From Fibrobacteria bacterium (GTDB lineage Bacteria > Fibrobacterota > Fibrobacteria > UBA11236): 64,000 nt of DNA. The stretch lies in NCBI GenBank assembly GCA_021155885.1, contig JAJNBB010000001.1:5698-69697 (forward strand), given 5' to 3'. Shown piece by piece: positions 48,421 through 59,289 of the stretch. Both the position numbers and the translations under genes were made by a program. The notes below the pieces were generated by a model, which saw nothing but the letters and a program-made list of their open reading frames with translations, was not told where the DNA came from and searched no databases. How positions within the stretch are numbered: the stretch's first letter is position 1; each line of letters begins with the position of its first letter.

Positions 48421-49338
48421 GTGGGTTATTTTATGGGTATGAAACCCTCCCTGTTTTCGCGTCTGGTACCCGCCCTTTTCGCGGGTTGCCTCGGTATCTC
48501 GTCCGCAGTCGCCGCGGAAGGCGACGTAGGCACGCAGGCGTATGCCTTTACGGGGCTTTCGGATCTTGCGCCGAACCCGACCCTGTACAATTTGGCGGAC
48601 TACCAAGGCAAGGTGGTTTTGCTGGTGGTTTTCCAATGGGATTGCGGGGGCTGCGTCGCGAACGCCCCGAAGTTCGGCCGCTTGGTGGATACCCTGGAGC
48701 GCGGACCGGACAGCGCGAAGTTCCAGGCCATCGGGGCCGAAATCCGGACCGCGACCTACACGCAAATCCAGAGTTACCGGAACAGCCTGACCAACAGCAA
48801 CACCTTGTCGCTCAACTTTCCGAGCGTGAAGGTGCCCTACGACTCGGGCATCAGCGGGAAGGGCGTCACCGGCGACCCGGTCGACAACGTCGGGACGAAG
48901 TGGAAGCGATACAATTCCTATCGTGACGTTTATTTCGTCATCAACCATGCCGGGGTCATCACCGCGCGCGTGGCCGGGAACCGCATCAACGCCATGACCA
49001 ACGTGAAATACGATTCATTGCGGCTGGCGCTGAACGCGGCCCTCGCGGCCGCGCCGGCTTCGGTGGGCGGTCCGTCGCGAGGCGCGATCCAGGGATTGAA
49101 AATAACCCAGCGCGGCTCCACGATCACCTTTGATCCCGGCAGTTCCCAGGCGCCCGTCTCCATCCGGATTCTCGATCTTCAGGGAAGAAACGTGCGTTCC
49201 CTCACGATCCAGCCTTCGCGCGTCCTGGTCTGGGACGGGAAGGATGCTTCCGGAAAGCCGGTGCCGTTCGGCACCTATTTCGTGCGGGCCCAGGACGGAA
49301 AGATTTCCTCCAGCCGCCGCATCAACGTGCTCCCTTAA
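48421..49338 (+). CDS. secreted thioredoxin-fold (redoxin-like) protein with FlgD-Ig/T9SS-like C-terminal domain
   Basis: KVVLLVVFQWDCGGCVANAP (CxxC). Tail is ...VSIRILDLQGRNVRSL...WDGKDASGKPVPFGTYFVRA.... Start is GTG 48421 or ATG 48439. Confidence 0.7.
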   Translation: MGYFMGMKPSLFSRLVPALFAGCLGISSAVAAEGDVGTQAYAFTGLSDLAPNPTLYNLADYQGKVVLLVVFQWDCGGCVANAPKFGRLVDTLERGPDSAKFQAIGAEIRTATYTQIQSYRNSLTNSNTLSLNFPSVKVPYDSGISGKGVTGDPVDNVGTKWKRYNSYRDVYFVINHAGVITARVAGNRINAMTNVKYDSLRLALNAALAAAPASVGGPSRGAIQGLKITQRGSTITFDPGSSQAPVSIRILDLQGRNVRSLTIQPSRVLVWDGKDASGKPVPFGTYFVRAQDGKISSSRRINVLP

Positions 49339-49368
49339 AAGAACGTCCTCCCGGCCTGCCCGGGAGAA

Positions 49369-50094
49369 TCATGGTTGGTAGCGCACCTTCCCGTTCACGA
49401 TCTTGAAGTCCGCGCGGCGCGGAAGATAGCCGTTCACCGGGCGCACCGGCGGCGGATAAGCCGTATCCCATTCCAGTTTCCAGGCCGCGAAGCCCAGCAC
49501 CGTATCGGTCTTGCTGCTGCCGCTACGCGAACGGACGTACATCAGCGCGCCGAACAGGGAGCTATCGGGGGCGACTTCCCAGGTGCGGGGAGGATTGCCC
49601 ACGACGGGATGGAGCGCCGGCGTGAACTGAAAATGGTGTTCCGTCGTGAAGGTGTCGATGTTTTCGCCCTCCCTGAATTCCGCGAAGGGCGCCGCGACGT
49701 TCAAGCCGAAAAGCCCGGACCGGATGCCCCCCACGCATAGGCCCGCGGGACAAATCCCCAGATCCCAATCGTTGGCGGTATCGCCGCCCACGTCCTGGGG
49801 CAGCCGCCAAAGGGTATCGACTCCCAGGTAGAAGCTATCGGGATGTCGCGCCGCATCCGAATACACCCAGGAATAAATGAAGGAGCCATCCGCGGGGGAG
49901 AGCTCGTCGGTGGAATCCAGCGTGCGGTACCAGCGGTCGTTGAAAACCATGTGATCGAGACGCGCCTCGCCGTGTCCGGGCTGCGGCGGGGTCGGTCCCG
50001 TGTTGTCCGACTGGCAGGCGGCCAGGAACAGCGCGAACAAGGCGGCCCCGGCCAGAAGGGGAAGGCGGCGGGGGAGGATATGCAAGACGTTCAT
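49369..50094 (-). CDS. lipoprotein (hypothetical)
   Basis: Start at the ATG 50094. MNVLHILPRRLPLLAGAALFALFLAAC has a lipobox. Confidence 0.55.
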   Translation of the reverse strand: MNVLHILPRRLPLLAGAALFALFLAACQSDNTGPTPPQPGHGEARLDHMVFNDRWYRTLDSTDELSPADGSFIYSWVYSDAARHPDSFYLGVDTLWRLPQDVGGDTANDWDLGICPAGLCVGGIRSGLFGLNVAAPFAEFREGENIDTFTTEHHFQFTPALHPVVGNPPRTWEVAPDSSLFGALMYVRSRSGSSKTDTVLGFAAWKLEWDTAYPPPVRPVNGYLPRRADFKIVNGKVRYQP

Positions 50095-50140
50095 GACAGA
50101 AATATACCCGAGCGTTCGTTCCCGGACGCCCGGTTCCACG

Positions 50141-50166
50141 AAAAAGGCCCGGATCGCTCCGGGCCC
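50141..50166 (-). terminator. rho-independent terminator of the efflux/two-component operon
   Basis: ggcccgga-tcgc-tccgggcc. On the minus strand it is followed by TTTTT, downstream of the kinase stop at 50191. Confidence 0.8.
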
Positions 50167-50190
50167 TCGAATCGAAAGGACTGGAAAAAG

Positions 50191-51486
50191 TTACGCCAGC
50201 GGCAGCTTCACGGTAATGGTCGTGCCCTCGCCCGGCCCCCCCGAAAGGGAGATCATGCCCCCGTGGGCCTCGACGATACGGCGGCACAGCGGCAGGCCCA
50301 GGCCGTATCCCGGCGTGCGGGAGCGCGAGCGGTCGAGACGGTAGAACGGCTCGAAGACCATGTCCTGTTCTTCCTTCGCGACGCCCGGCCCGTAGTCGCG
50401 CACCCGGAGCACGGCGAAGTTTCCTTCGCGCTTCAGGGTGATCTCGACGGGCTTCTCCGCTTCCGCTCCGTACTTCAGCGCGTTCTCGATGAGGTTGCGG
50501 ATCACCAGGCGCATCCGCTCGATGTCCATGGGGACGAGCGGGAATTCCGGCGCATCCCATACGATGCCGGGAAGGGCGCCTTCGAAGCGGGCCTTCTTTT
50601 GGTTGATCAACTCGACCAAGTTCTCGGGCTTGACCTTCAGCAGGCCGCTCGGGCTCTTGAGGCGTTCGGTCTCCAGGATCTCCGACACCATCTTCCCGAG
50701 CGACTCCACCTCGTCGCGGATGTTGTCGATCAGGGGGCTTTGGTCCATCATCTCGAGCGCGACGCGCATGCGCGTCAGCGGGGACCGCAGCTCGTGGCTG
50801 ACGTCGAGCAGAAGCTGGTCGCGCGCGCGGTCGCGGTCCTTGAGGCGCTGGGTCATGGTGTTGAAGGAGCGGCCCAGTCCCGCCAGTTCGTCCCGGCCCT
50901 TTTCCGAAAGGCGCAGTTCCAGGTTTCCCTCGGCCACGGCCTGCACGCCGTTCTCGAGTTCTCGCAAGGGCCGCAGCAGGTGGCGCAGGGTCAGCCAGCC
51001 GAGCAGGCAGCACAGGCCCAGCACCGGCAGCAGGGCCAGCCAGTCGGTGAAGATATTCTCGAACGCGCGCCGGCGCGAACTGAACATATAGAGGTTGCCG
51101 CCCTGGCGGACGCCCCCCCAGATGCGCCCTTCGCGCAGCACGAGGTTCACCGAGTCGCGCGTGGCGCGCTGGATTTCCTTCGCGACCGACGCGGAAATGT
51201 CCGGCGAGCGCCAGTCGACCCCGGGCCCGACGATGCCGATCGGCACGCCGAGCTGGCGGTTCAGCGCGGCGGCGCGCGCGGTGTCGTTGCCGAGGTCGCG
51301 CGCGAACAGCGTCCAGTAGAACACGAGGCTGGGCTGCGCCGAGGGGCGCGTGCTCGTGTTCCAGTACGAGCGGTAGAAGCCGCTGAACGCGAAATAGGTG
51401 AGACCCACGGCCCCCAGCAGCACGATGAAGAGCTTGAACAGAAGGGAGTGGTGCTGCGGGCGCTTCAGGGCCTTTTCAGGCTTCAT
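50191..51486 (-). CDS. sensor histidine kinase (HAMP-HisKA-HATPase)
   Basis: H-box LLLDVSHELRSPLT, N-box IRNLIENALKY and G-boxes DYGPGV and GYGLGL. Two TM segments. Confidence 0.9.
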   Translation of the reverse strand: MKPEKALKRPQHHSLLFKLFIVLLGAVGLTYFAFSGFYRSYWNTSTRPSAQPSLVFYWTLFARDLGNDTARAAALNRQLGVPIGIVGPGVDWRSPDISASVAKEIQRATRDSVNLVLREGRIWGGVRQGGNLYMFSSRRRAFENIFTDWLALLPVLGLCCLLGWLTLRHLLRPLRELENGVQAVAEGNLELRLSEKGRDELAGLGRSFNTMTQRLKDRDRARDQLLLDVSHELRSPLTRMRVALEMMDQSPLIDNIRDEVESLGKMVSEILETERLKSPSGLLKVKPENLVELINQKKARFEGALPGIVWDAPEFPLVPMDIERMRLVIRNLIENALKYGAEAEKPVEITLKREGNFAVLRVRDYGPGVAKEEQDMVFEPFYRLDRSRSRTPGYGLGLPLCRRIVEAHGGMISLSGGPGEGTTITVKLPLA

Positions 51487-52177
51487 CTTCGCCCTCGAGG
51501 CCGCCGAGGAAGAGGTAGCCCGTGCCGCGCACGGTTTTCAGGTAGCGCGGCAGCTGCGGGTCATCGCCGAGCTTCTGGCGCAGGCGGCTGACGAGCACGT
51601 CCAGGGACCGGTTCACCGGGTCCCATTCGCCCCCCTTGAGGAGGTCGACCAGGCGCTCGCGGTGGAGCACGGTGCCCGGGTACCGGGCGAAGATGGCGAG
51701 GGCGTCGAATTCCAGGGCGGTCAGGCGCAGGTCCTCGGTGCCGCGGCGGGCGGACCGGCGGCTCATGTCGACCTCGAGGTCTCCGCAGCGCAGGATCTCG
51801 CCGCGAACGGGCGCCTGTTTGCGGCGCAGCACCGCCTGGATGCGCGCGGCCAGCTCGCGGGGCTCGAAGGGCTTGGGAAGGTAATCGTCGGCGCCGATCT
51901 CGAGGCCGACGATGCGGTCCGCCACCTCGCCGCGCGCGGTCAGCATGACCACCGGCACGTCGGAGAACGCGCGGATCTCGCGGCAGATCTCGAACCCGTC
52001 CTTGCCGGGGAGCATCACGTCCAGCAGCACGCAGTCGGGGGGTTCGAGCCGCAGCTGGCGCAGGCCGTCGTCGCCGTTGGCGGCGTGCAGCAGTTGGATC
52101 TCGAATCGCAGCAGGTACTCCGTCAGGAGCGCAGCGAGCTTGCGGTCGTCGTCGATGAGCAGGGCTTTGATTTTCAT
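51476..52177 (-). CDS. OmpR-family response regulator
   Basis: Receiver domain (LLIDDD...LLDVMLPG..G) plus a winged-helix C-terminus (LTALEFDAL...RLRQKL...YLKTVRGTGY). Overlaps the kinase gene by 11 nt. Confidence 0.9.
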   Translation of the reverse strand: MKIKALLIDDDRKLAALLTEYLLRFEIQLLHAANGDDGLRQLRLEPPDCVLLDVMLPGKDGFEICREIRAFSDVPVVMLTARGEVADRIVGLEIGADDYLPKPFEPRELAARIQAVLRRKQAPVRGEILRCGDLEVDMSRRSARRGTEDLRLTALEFDALAIFARYPGTVLHRERLVDLLKGGEWDPVNRSLDVLVSRLRQKLGDDPQLPRYLKTVRGTGYLFLGGLEGEDEA

Positions 52178-52196
52178 GTGTTCACTCCCGGTTAGG

Positions 52197-53417
52197 CTAT
52201 TCGTAACGTAACGCTTCTATCGGATTGAGCCGTGCCGCCTTGCGCGCGGGGTACCACCCGAAGAATATACCCGTGGCGGCCGAAAAGCCAAACGCCAGGG
52301 CGATGGAGGAGGGGGAGACCAGCACGGCCCACCCCTGGGTCGAGGCCAGCAGGGCCGAGGCCCCCACGCCGAGGGCGATTCCGATCAGGCCCCCCACGAA
52401 GCTCAGGACCAGCGCCTCCACCAAAAACTGCAAAAGAATGTCGTTGCCCCGCGCCCCGAGGGCGAGGCGGATGCCGATTTCGCGGGTCCGCTCGGTGACC
52501 GAGACCAGCATGATGTTCATGATGCCGATGCCCCCGACCAGCAGGGAAATCCCCGCGATGCTGGAGAGGAGCAGCGTCAGCGTGGTCGACATGGCCGTGG
52601 CGGCCTGGGTGATCTCGGTCTGGGTGCGCAGCATGAAGGGGGACGACTCCCCCTCCGGCACCCGCTGCTGGCGCCGCAGGACCTCCTCGATCTGGGCCGA
52701 GGCTTCGGGGATGGCCTCCGCCGAGGTGGCGGAGGCATAGAGGCTCTGGGCGTTGAAGGTGGCCAGCAGCTTCCGGGCCACGGTGGTGAAGGGGGCGATC
52801 ACGAGGTCGTCCTGGTCCTGCCCGAAGGAGCTCTGGCCCTTGGGCGCCAGCACGCCGACGACCCGGAAAGGCAGGTTCTGGATGCGGATGCTTTGGCCGA
52901 CGGGGTCGGAACCCGCACCGAACAAGCTGTCGGCGACCGTGCGCCCGAGCAGGCACACCTTCGCGCCGCTGCGCTCCTCGGCCGCCGAGAACACCGACCC
53001 CGAGGTGACTTCCCACTGGCGGATGTCCAGGTACTCGGGGTATACCCCGTAGACGCTGCTGCGCCAGTTCGCGCCGCCGGCCTTGATCTGGGCGCTGGTG
53101 CGGGCGATGGGGGTAATGTGGCGGAGGGCCGGAGCCTCCTTGCGGACGGCCTCCACGTCCTCGACGGTGAAGCGGCCGGAGGCGCCCGCCTCCATGCGCA
53201 CGCCGCCCGCGCTTTGCGCGCCGGGAAACACCATGATGACGTTGGTTCCCAGGCTCGCGATCGAGGCTTCCATCGACGTGCGCGCGCCCTGACCGATGGC
53301 GAGCATGGCGATGACCGCGGCCACCCCGATGATGATCCCGAGCATGGTCAAAAAGGAACGCATCTTGTTGCGCGCCAGGGAGCGCAGGCCCATGTTCAGC
53401 AGGAGTCCGGCGCGCAC
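52197..53417 (-). CDS. ABC transporter permease (MacB/FtsX type)
   Basis: N-terminal TM, a large periplasmic domain and C-terminal FtsX-like helices with [17 protein letters not shown]. Confidence 0.9.
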   Translation of the reverse strand: MRAGLLLNMGLRSLARNKMRSFLTMLGIIIGVAAVIAMLAIGQGARTSMEASIASLGTNVIMVFPGAQSAGGVRMEAGASGRFTVEDVEAVRKEAPALRHITPIARTSAQIKAGGANWRSSVYGVYPEYLDIRQWEVTSGSVFSAAEERSGAKVCLLGRTVADSLFGAGSDPVGQSIRIQNLPFRVVGVLAPKGQSSFGQDQDDLVIAPFTTVARKLLATFNAQSLYASATSAEAIPEASAQIEEVLRRQQRVPEGESSPFMLRTQTEITQAATAMSTTLTLLLSSIAGISLLVGGIGIMNIMLVSVTERTREIGIRLALGARGNDILLQFLVEALVLSFVGGLIGIALGVGASALLASTQGWAVLVSPSSIALAFGFSAATGIFFGWYPARKAARLNPIEALRYE

Positions 53418-53418
53418 G

Positions 53419-54161
<743 letters not shown>

Positions 54162-54162
<1 letters not shown>

Positions 54163-55364
54163 CAGTTGCGGCGTCCTCCGCCGCCCCCGCCCATGCCGCG
54201 CGGGCGCTGCGGCTGCATGCCGAAGGGCGCCCCGGCGCCGCCGGCCTTCGCCTCCGCCGTCTGGGCCCCGGTGATCACGGGGGCTCCGGGCTTGAGGTCG
54301 CCGCGGACCTCGGTGCGCGCGCCGTCGCTCAGGCCGGTTTCCACCGCCACGCGCCGGGGCTTTCCGTTCTCCAGGACGAACACCCGGCTGCCGCGGGCGC
54401 CCGGGGTTTTACGCGGCGCCCGCTCGCCCTCGCCGCTGTTTTCCGGGCGCGGCGGCGTGAAGCGCAATGCCGCCACCGGAACGGTCAGCACGTCTTCGCG
54501 CGCGTCGACCGTGATGGTCAGGTTGGCGGTCATGCCCGGCATGAGGCGCAAGTCGTCGTTCGGGACGCGCAGCACGACGTCGTAGGTGACGACGTTCTGG
54601 GTGACCGTGGGCTGTAGGCGCACCTGCTCGACGGCGCCCCGGAAGGTTTCCTCGGGGTAGGCGTCGACCGTGAAGGTCGCCTGCTGGCCTTCTTTTACCT
54701 TGCCGATATCGGCCTCGTCCACGGCGGCTTGCACGCGCATCTCGCGCAAATCCCCGGCGAGGCTGAACAAGGTGGGCGTGCTGAAGCTCGCGGCCACCGT
54801 CTGGCCCAGCTCCACGGCGCGCGAAAGCACGATGCCGTCGATCGGCGACTGGATGATGGCGTAGCGCAGGTTGATCCTGGCGCGCTGCACCCCGGCGCGC
54901 GCCGAGGTCAGGTTCGCGGCGGCCACGCGCGCGCTCGCCACCGCCTGATCCAGCTCGGCCTGCGACACGAGTTCGCGCTCGAACAGGCTGCGCATGCGCT
55001 TCAGTTCGGCGGAGGCTTGCTGGTCGAGGGCGGAAACCCTTTCCAGGCTGGAGCGCGCGTCCTGGAGGCTGGCGTAGAGCAAGGTAGTGTCGAGGCGCGC
55101 GATCACCTGGCCCTTTTTCACGCGCGAGTTGAAGTCGGCGTAGAGGGCGGCGATGGTTCCCGACACCTGGGTGCCCACCTCCACGGTGGTGACGGCCTTG
55201 AGCGTGCCGGTCGCCGTCACGGTCACGCGCACGTCGTCCCGCGTGGCGGGAGCGGTGATCCACACCGGGGCCGGGTCGGCCTTTTTCCAATAACGGTAGC
55301 CGAGATAGGCGGCGACGAGGAGCGCCGCTCCGCCCGCGATCCACGGGAGACGATTCTTTTTCAT
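54162..55364 (-). CDS. efflux periplasmic adaptor (HlyD/MacA family)
   Basis: TM anchor, lipoyl-like and coiled-coil hairpin segments, and a beta-barrel domain. Its start overlaps the TolC-like gene's stop by 4 nt, and its stop overlaps the ATPase start by 1 nt. Confidence 0.9.
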
Positions 55365-56689
55365 GGGTTCTCCACGGGCGCGGAAGGTTGGACGGGGACG
55401 GCCAGCGCGCCCGCGAGGCGCTTGAGGGCCAGTTCCGAAAGCTTCGCCGACTGGCGCGCGGTCGCGAGGCGGCTTTGCGCGCTCAGCAATTTCTGCTGGG
55501 CGTCGCGAAATTCAAGGGAAGACGACGAACCCACCCGGAAGCGCTCCCGCGCGGCCTCGGCCTGACGCCGCGCCACCTCGAGGTTGCCCTCTTCCAGCGC
55601 GATCTGCCGCAGGCCGAGGACATACCGCCCCTCCGCCTGCTCGAAGTCCGCGCGAACCTGGGCCTCGCTTTGCTTCAGGAGGGTTTCCTGGCGGCGCAGG
55701 CCGATGCGGCTGCCGACCACGTTCTGCCGCGTCCGCAGGCCGTCGAACAAGGGGATCGAAAGGCTCACGCTATAGGTCAGCGCGTCGGATGCCGTGACGG
55801 TGCCGGCGCCCCCGCCGTTCACCAGGGAATCCAGCGAGGTCCGGTAAGCCAGCCCCGCGGAAACGGTGGGGGAGTAGCCGCCGCGCGCCTCGCGCAGCGA
55901 GGTTTCCGAAGCGCTCCGCTGCAGGCGCGCCTCGCGCAGCGTGGTGTTGTTTTGCAAGAGCGCGCCGCGCCACGCGGCCACCGGCAGCGCGGGCTCCACC
56001 GGGATGGTGTCCTCCACGTCGAAAGGCTCGGCGGGGTCCCGCGCCAGCAACTGGTTCAACCGGACCTTGGCCTCGCGCAGGGACATCTCCTGGGACAGCA
56101 ACGAGGAAGAGTCGGCGTTGAGGTCGGCCTGCGATTGCAATTGTTCCAGGCGCGAGCCCGCGCCCACCTGCAGGCGCGCTTCGGCCAGGGCGGCGCGCTG
56201 GCGCGAGACGGCCAGCAATTCGCGCAACGCCGCGATCTGCCGCTTCTGGGTGGCGATGGCGTAATAGGAACTTAGGACCGATTCCAGCGTGGCCTCCACC
56301 GCCAGCTGCTCCTGCAAGCCCGCGGCGGTCTCCTGGGTCTTCAGGCGCTGGTAGGCGTAGTATGACTGGAAGCCGTTGAAAAGCTGGAGGTTCACCGAGG
56401 CCCCGGCGCTGTTCGAGGTGCCGGATCCGGGGTGCAATTCCCCGGTGTGGGTCGCCGAGGCCGAAGCGGTGGGCAAAAAAGGCCCCACGCCCGCGAGGCG
56501 GCTGCCCGCCGCCAGGTCGCGCTGGTCACGCGCGAGGGCGATCGAATAATTGTTTTGCAAGCCAAGGCGCACGGCCTCGTCCGGCGTCAGCAGGGATCCC
56601 GTTCGCGCGGAATCCGCGGCGGAAACGCCGAAGAACGCCAGCAGGCACAGCCCCAGGCTTTGCGTCCGGCGCGGGAAAAAGCTCTTCAT
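55361..56689 (-). CDS. TolC-family outer-membrane efflux protein
   Basis: Signal peptide. Two internal repeats of the coiled-coil/beta pattern typical of TolC/OEP. 442 aa. Confidence 0.85.
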   Translation of the reverse strand: MKSFFPRRTQSLGLCLLAFFGVSAADSARTGSLLTPDEAVRLGLQNNYSIALARDQRDLAAGSRLAGVGPFLPTASASATHTGELHPGSGTSNSAGASVNLQLFNGFQSYYAYQRLKTQETAAGLQEQLAVEATLESVLSSYYAIATQKRQIAALRELLAVSRQRAALAEARLQVGAGSRLEQLQSQADLNADSSSLLSQEMSLREAKVRLNQLLARDPAEPFDVEDTIPVEPALPVAAWRGALLQNNTTLREARLQRSASETSLREARGGYSPTVSAGLAYRTSLDSLVNGGGAGTVTASDALTYSVSLSIPLFDGLRTRQNVVGSRIGLRRQETLLKQSEAQVRADFEQAEGRYVLGLRQIALEEGNLEVARRQAEAARERFRVGSSSSLEFRDAQQKLLSAQSRLATARQSAKLSELALKRLAGALAVPVQPSAPVENP

Positions 56690-56778
56690 GACGGATTCAT
56701 TTTCGAAACGGGCCTCGGAACCGGAATAATGGATAATCGGGCTGCGCGGGCCGGCGGTACGACCCGAGCGGAATCGGG

Positions 56779-57309
56779 TTACTTCTTGTGGGATTCTTTT
56801 TCCGCCTTTTCGCGGTGTTCGGCGCGGCGCCTTTCCAGAAGGTCCGCCAGCTTCAGGCGCTGGGCCCGCGTCAGAACGCCGTGCACCTGCGCGAACTTGA
56901 AGACCATCTTATCGTGACGCGCGCGCATGCGCTGCTGGCGCTCGTTGAAACCCTGCGCCAAAGCCGCGGTATCCACCTTGTCGGCTTTCAGCTGATCCAG
57001 GAATTCCTCCCCGAACGGAAACATGCCCCCATGCGGGGCGCCCGGGCGGCGGCCGTGGTGCGGGCCGGCGCCCATGCCCATTTCGAAATGTTCCATCACG
57101 AGCGTGTCGCTCTGCAGGATTTCCCGCACCTGGGCCGCCTGGACCGGCGAGAGGCTCAACTCTTTTTCCATCCAGGCGACGAAGCGTTCGTGATGCTTCC
57201 CGGGTTCATGGCCACGCGCGGGCTTGTCCGCCGCCCCTGGGGAAGACAAAAGGTTTGTAACAGTCAGGGCCATCAAGAACACCTGTGTAACACGAAGGCG
57301 CAGAAACAT
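56779..57309 (-). CDS. Spy/CpxP-family periplasmic protein
   Basis: Signal peptide. Two LTxxQ-type motifs (LSPVQAAQV and LTRAQRLKL). Helical and charged, 176 aa. Confidence 0.65.
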   Translation of the reverse strand: MFLRLRVTQVFLMALTVTNLLSSPGAADKPARGHEPGKHHERFVAWMEKELSLSPVQAAQVREILQSDTLVMEHFEMGMGAGPHHGRRPGAPHGGMFPFGEEFLDQLKADKVDTAALAQGFNERQQRMRARHDKMVFKFAQVHGVLTRAQRLKLADLLERRRAEHREKAEKESHKK

Positions 57310-57471
57310 CGAAAACCCCGGATTTGAGATGCCCGAGAAAATACAAGCAACGGACTTACCGGGGCTTGACCCGGCTGTAACAAATGGTATCGGGGGCTCG
57401 AAAAAGGGACAGGGAAGCGGCGCCTGCGTCTGGGCGGCCGTGGTACTTGGGCGCCCATTCCCCTTTTTTTA

Positions 57472-57505
57472 ACAAAAAGGCGGTCCCGGGTTGCGGAACC
57501 GCCTT
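57472..57505 (-). terminator. rho-independent terminator after tRNA-Leu
   Basis: aaggcggtcc-cgggttgc-ggaaccgcctt. On the minus strand it is followed by a T-run. Confidence 0.75.
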
Positions 57506-57514
57506 CGAATTTTA

Positions 57515-57601
57515 TGGTGCCCGGGAGCAGACTTGAACTGCTACGACCTTGCGGCCACTAGAACCTGAATCTAGCGTGTCTACCAATTTCACCACCCAGG
57601 C
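57515..57601 (-). tRNA. tRNA-Leu(CAG)
   Basis: Reverse complement is GCCTGGGTGGTGAAATTGGTAGACACGCTAGATTCAGGTTCTAGTGGCCGCAAGGTCGTAGCAGTTCAAGTCTGCTCCCGGGCACCA. It has a long variable arm, anticodon loop TT-CAG-GT and encoded CCA. Confidence 0.9.
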
Positions 57602-57662
57602 AGGGAGGAGGCGCAAAGGTCGAAAATACGGGGACCGATGTCAATAGGGCTTCCGGAAAAAC

Positions 57663-58316
57663 GTGGAATTCGAGGGGTCGCGGGCTGAATTGCGGGCCTT
57701 GCAGAGGCGCAATCGTCCCGAAACATCGACCGGGTATTCTAAAGGCATGAAGAGTCAACAACTTACCCGGGAAACACGGATGATTTCCACACGCTCCTCC
57801 CACCCGAATTTTCCTCCCTGCGCGCACGAGGCCTTCACGTTGGACTGGGTCCAGGACGGATCGGCCGCTTTCCTTCAGGTACCGCCGCTCAACCCGCTTC
57901 GCCGCCTCTCCGGGTCGGGCCTGGCTTTGCCGACCGGCACGCTGGTTTGCCGCGTCGAGGCCGACGGTCTCCCGGCGGGAGGCTGCGCGGTGGCCTTCCC
58001 GCGGCAAGACGACGCCCCTTCGCCCCGGCATCTGCCGCATCCGGTGCTCGGCGAATGGATCAGCGCGCTGCGCTACACGGGTTGCTCCTGGATCGAGGCG
58101 GGCGTGTTCGCGGTGAACCCGGGTTTCTCCGAGGAGCAGGTACTGGACGCCCTTTGGAGCGGGCTCGAACGCCTGATGAAGCGGAACGGCGTGAACTTTC
58201 TGGTGGGCGCCGCGCCCGAGTCCTCTTTGGCGTTGGACCGGGCGCTGCGGCAGGGCGCTCGCGCGCTCGAACCTTCGGCGCCGGGGGCGTTGCGGTACTT
58301 CGTGTACGCGGTGTGA
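57663..58316 (+). CDS. hypothetical protein (possibly acyltransferase-like)
   Basis: Coding-like GC3 bias in the 3' two-thirds. Start is uncertain (57663, 57747 or 57780). No motif recognised with confidence. Confidence 0.45.
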   Translation: MEFEGSRAELRALQRRNRPETSTGYSKGMKSQQLTRETRMISTRSSHPNFPPCAHEAFTLDWVQDGSAAFLQVPPLNPLRRLSGSGLALPTGTLVCRVEADGLPAGGCAVAFPRQDDAPSPRHLPHPVLGEWISALRYTGCSWIEAGVFAVNPGFSEEQVLDALWSGLERLMKRNGVNFLVGAAPESSLALDRALRQGARALEPSAPGALRYFVYAV

Positions 58317-58326
58317 GGATAGGGAA

Positions 58327-58443
58327 GTTGTTGGTTGTTCGTTGTTGGTAAAGAGTTAGGGCGGCCGGGTGGCCGCCTTGAATAATGGAAAGCAAAAGGC
58401 TCCTCGGGCGCCGAATTGCATCCAACAACCAACAACCAACAAC
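58327..58443. repeat. heptamer inverted-repeat element E10 (GTTGTTG family)
   Basis: Left arm gttgttg gttgttc gttgttg gtaa (58327-58351). Spacer has an inner hairpin ggcggcc-gggt-ggccgcc (58361-58378). Right arm is 3 x ccaacaa + c (58422-58443), 27 nt before the thyA ATG. Confidence 0.9.
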
Positions 58444-58470
58444 TTTCCCGCCTTTCCTACCTTTTCCCCC

Positions 58471-59289
58471 ATGCGCGCCTATCTCGACCAGCTTCGCGAA
58501 ATCCTTGAAAACGGTGAGAAAAAAGAGGACCGGACCGGCACGGGAACGGTTTCGCTGTTCGGGATGCAGGCCAAGTACGACCTCCGCGAGGGCTTTCCGC
58601 TCGTCACCACCAAGAAGGTGTTGTTCGACGCGGTGGTGTATGAACTGCTGTGGTTCCTGCGCGGCAGCACCAACATCAACGACGACCTCGTGCAGCATAC
58701 GCCGATCTGGAACGCCTGGGCCGATCCCGACGGCGAGCTGGGGCCCATTTACGGCCATCAGTGGCGGGCGTGGCCGCGCTACGTCGAGGCTCCGGAGGGA
58801 AACGGGCTGTACCGCAAGGAACCCGTCGACCAGATCCGCGAGGTGATCGACCAGATCCAAAAGAACCCCGACTCGCGCAGGCTGATCGTCTCGGCCTGGA
58901 ACGTGTCGGACATCCCGAAGATGAAGCTCCCGCCGTGCCACGCCTTCTTCCAGTTCTACGTCGTGGGCGGCCGGCTGGATCTGCAACTGTACCAGCGCTC
59001 CGCCGACATGGCCCTGGGCGTGCCGTTCAACATCGCCAGCTACGCCCTGCTGCTCCAGATGATCGCGCAGGAATGCGGCCTCACCCCGGGCGTCTTCGTG
59101 CACACGCTGGGCGACGCGCACATCTACCTCAACCATCTCGACGGCATCCGCGAGCAACTCAGGCGCGAACCGCTCCCGCTGCCCACCGTGCGCATCGCGA
59201 ACAAGCCCCTGTTCGACCTCAAGTTCGAGGACATCGAGCTCGTGGGGTACAAGCACCTGCCCTTTATCAAGTTTCCGGTGGCGGTGTGA
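58471..59289 (+). CDS. thyA: thymidylate synthase
   Basis: [40 protein letters not shown] and DAHIYLNH motifs. 272 aa. Confidence 0.95.
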   Translation: MRAYLDQLREILENGEKKEDRTGTGTVSLFGMQAKYDLREGFPLVTTKKVLFDAVVYELLWFLRGSTNINDDLVQHTPIWNAWADPDGELGPIYGHQWRAWPRYVEAPEGNGLYRKEPVDQIREVIDQIQKNPDSRRLIVSAWNVSDIPKMKLPPCHAFFQFYVVGGRLDLQLYQRSADMALGVPFNIASYALLLQMIAQECGLTPGVFVHTLGDAHIYLNHLDGIREQLRREPLPLPTVRIANKPLFDLKFEDIELVGYKHLPFIKFPVAV

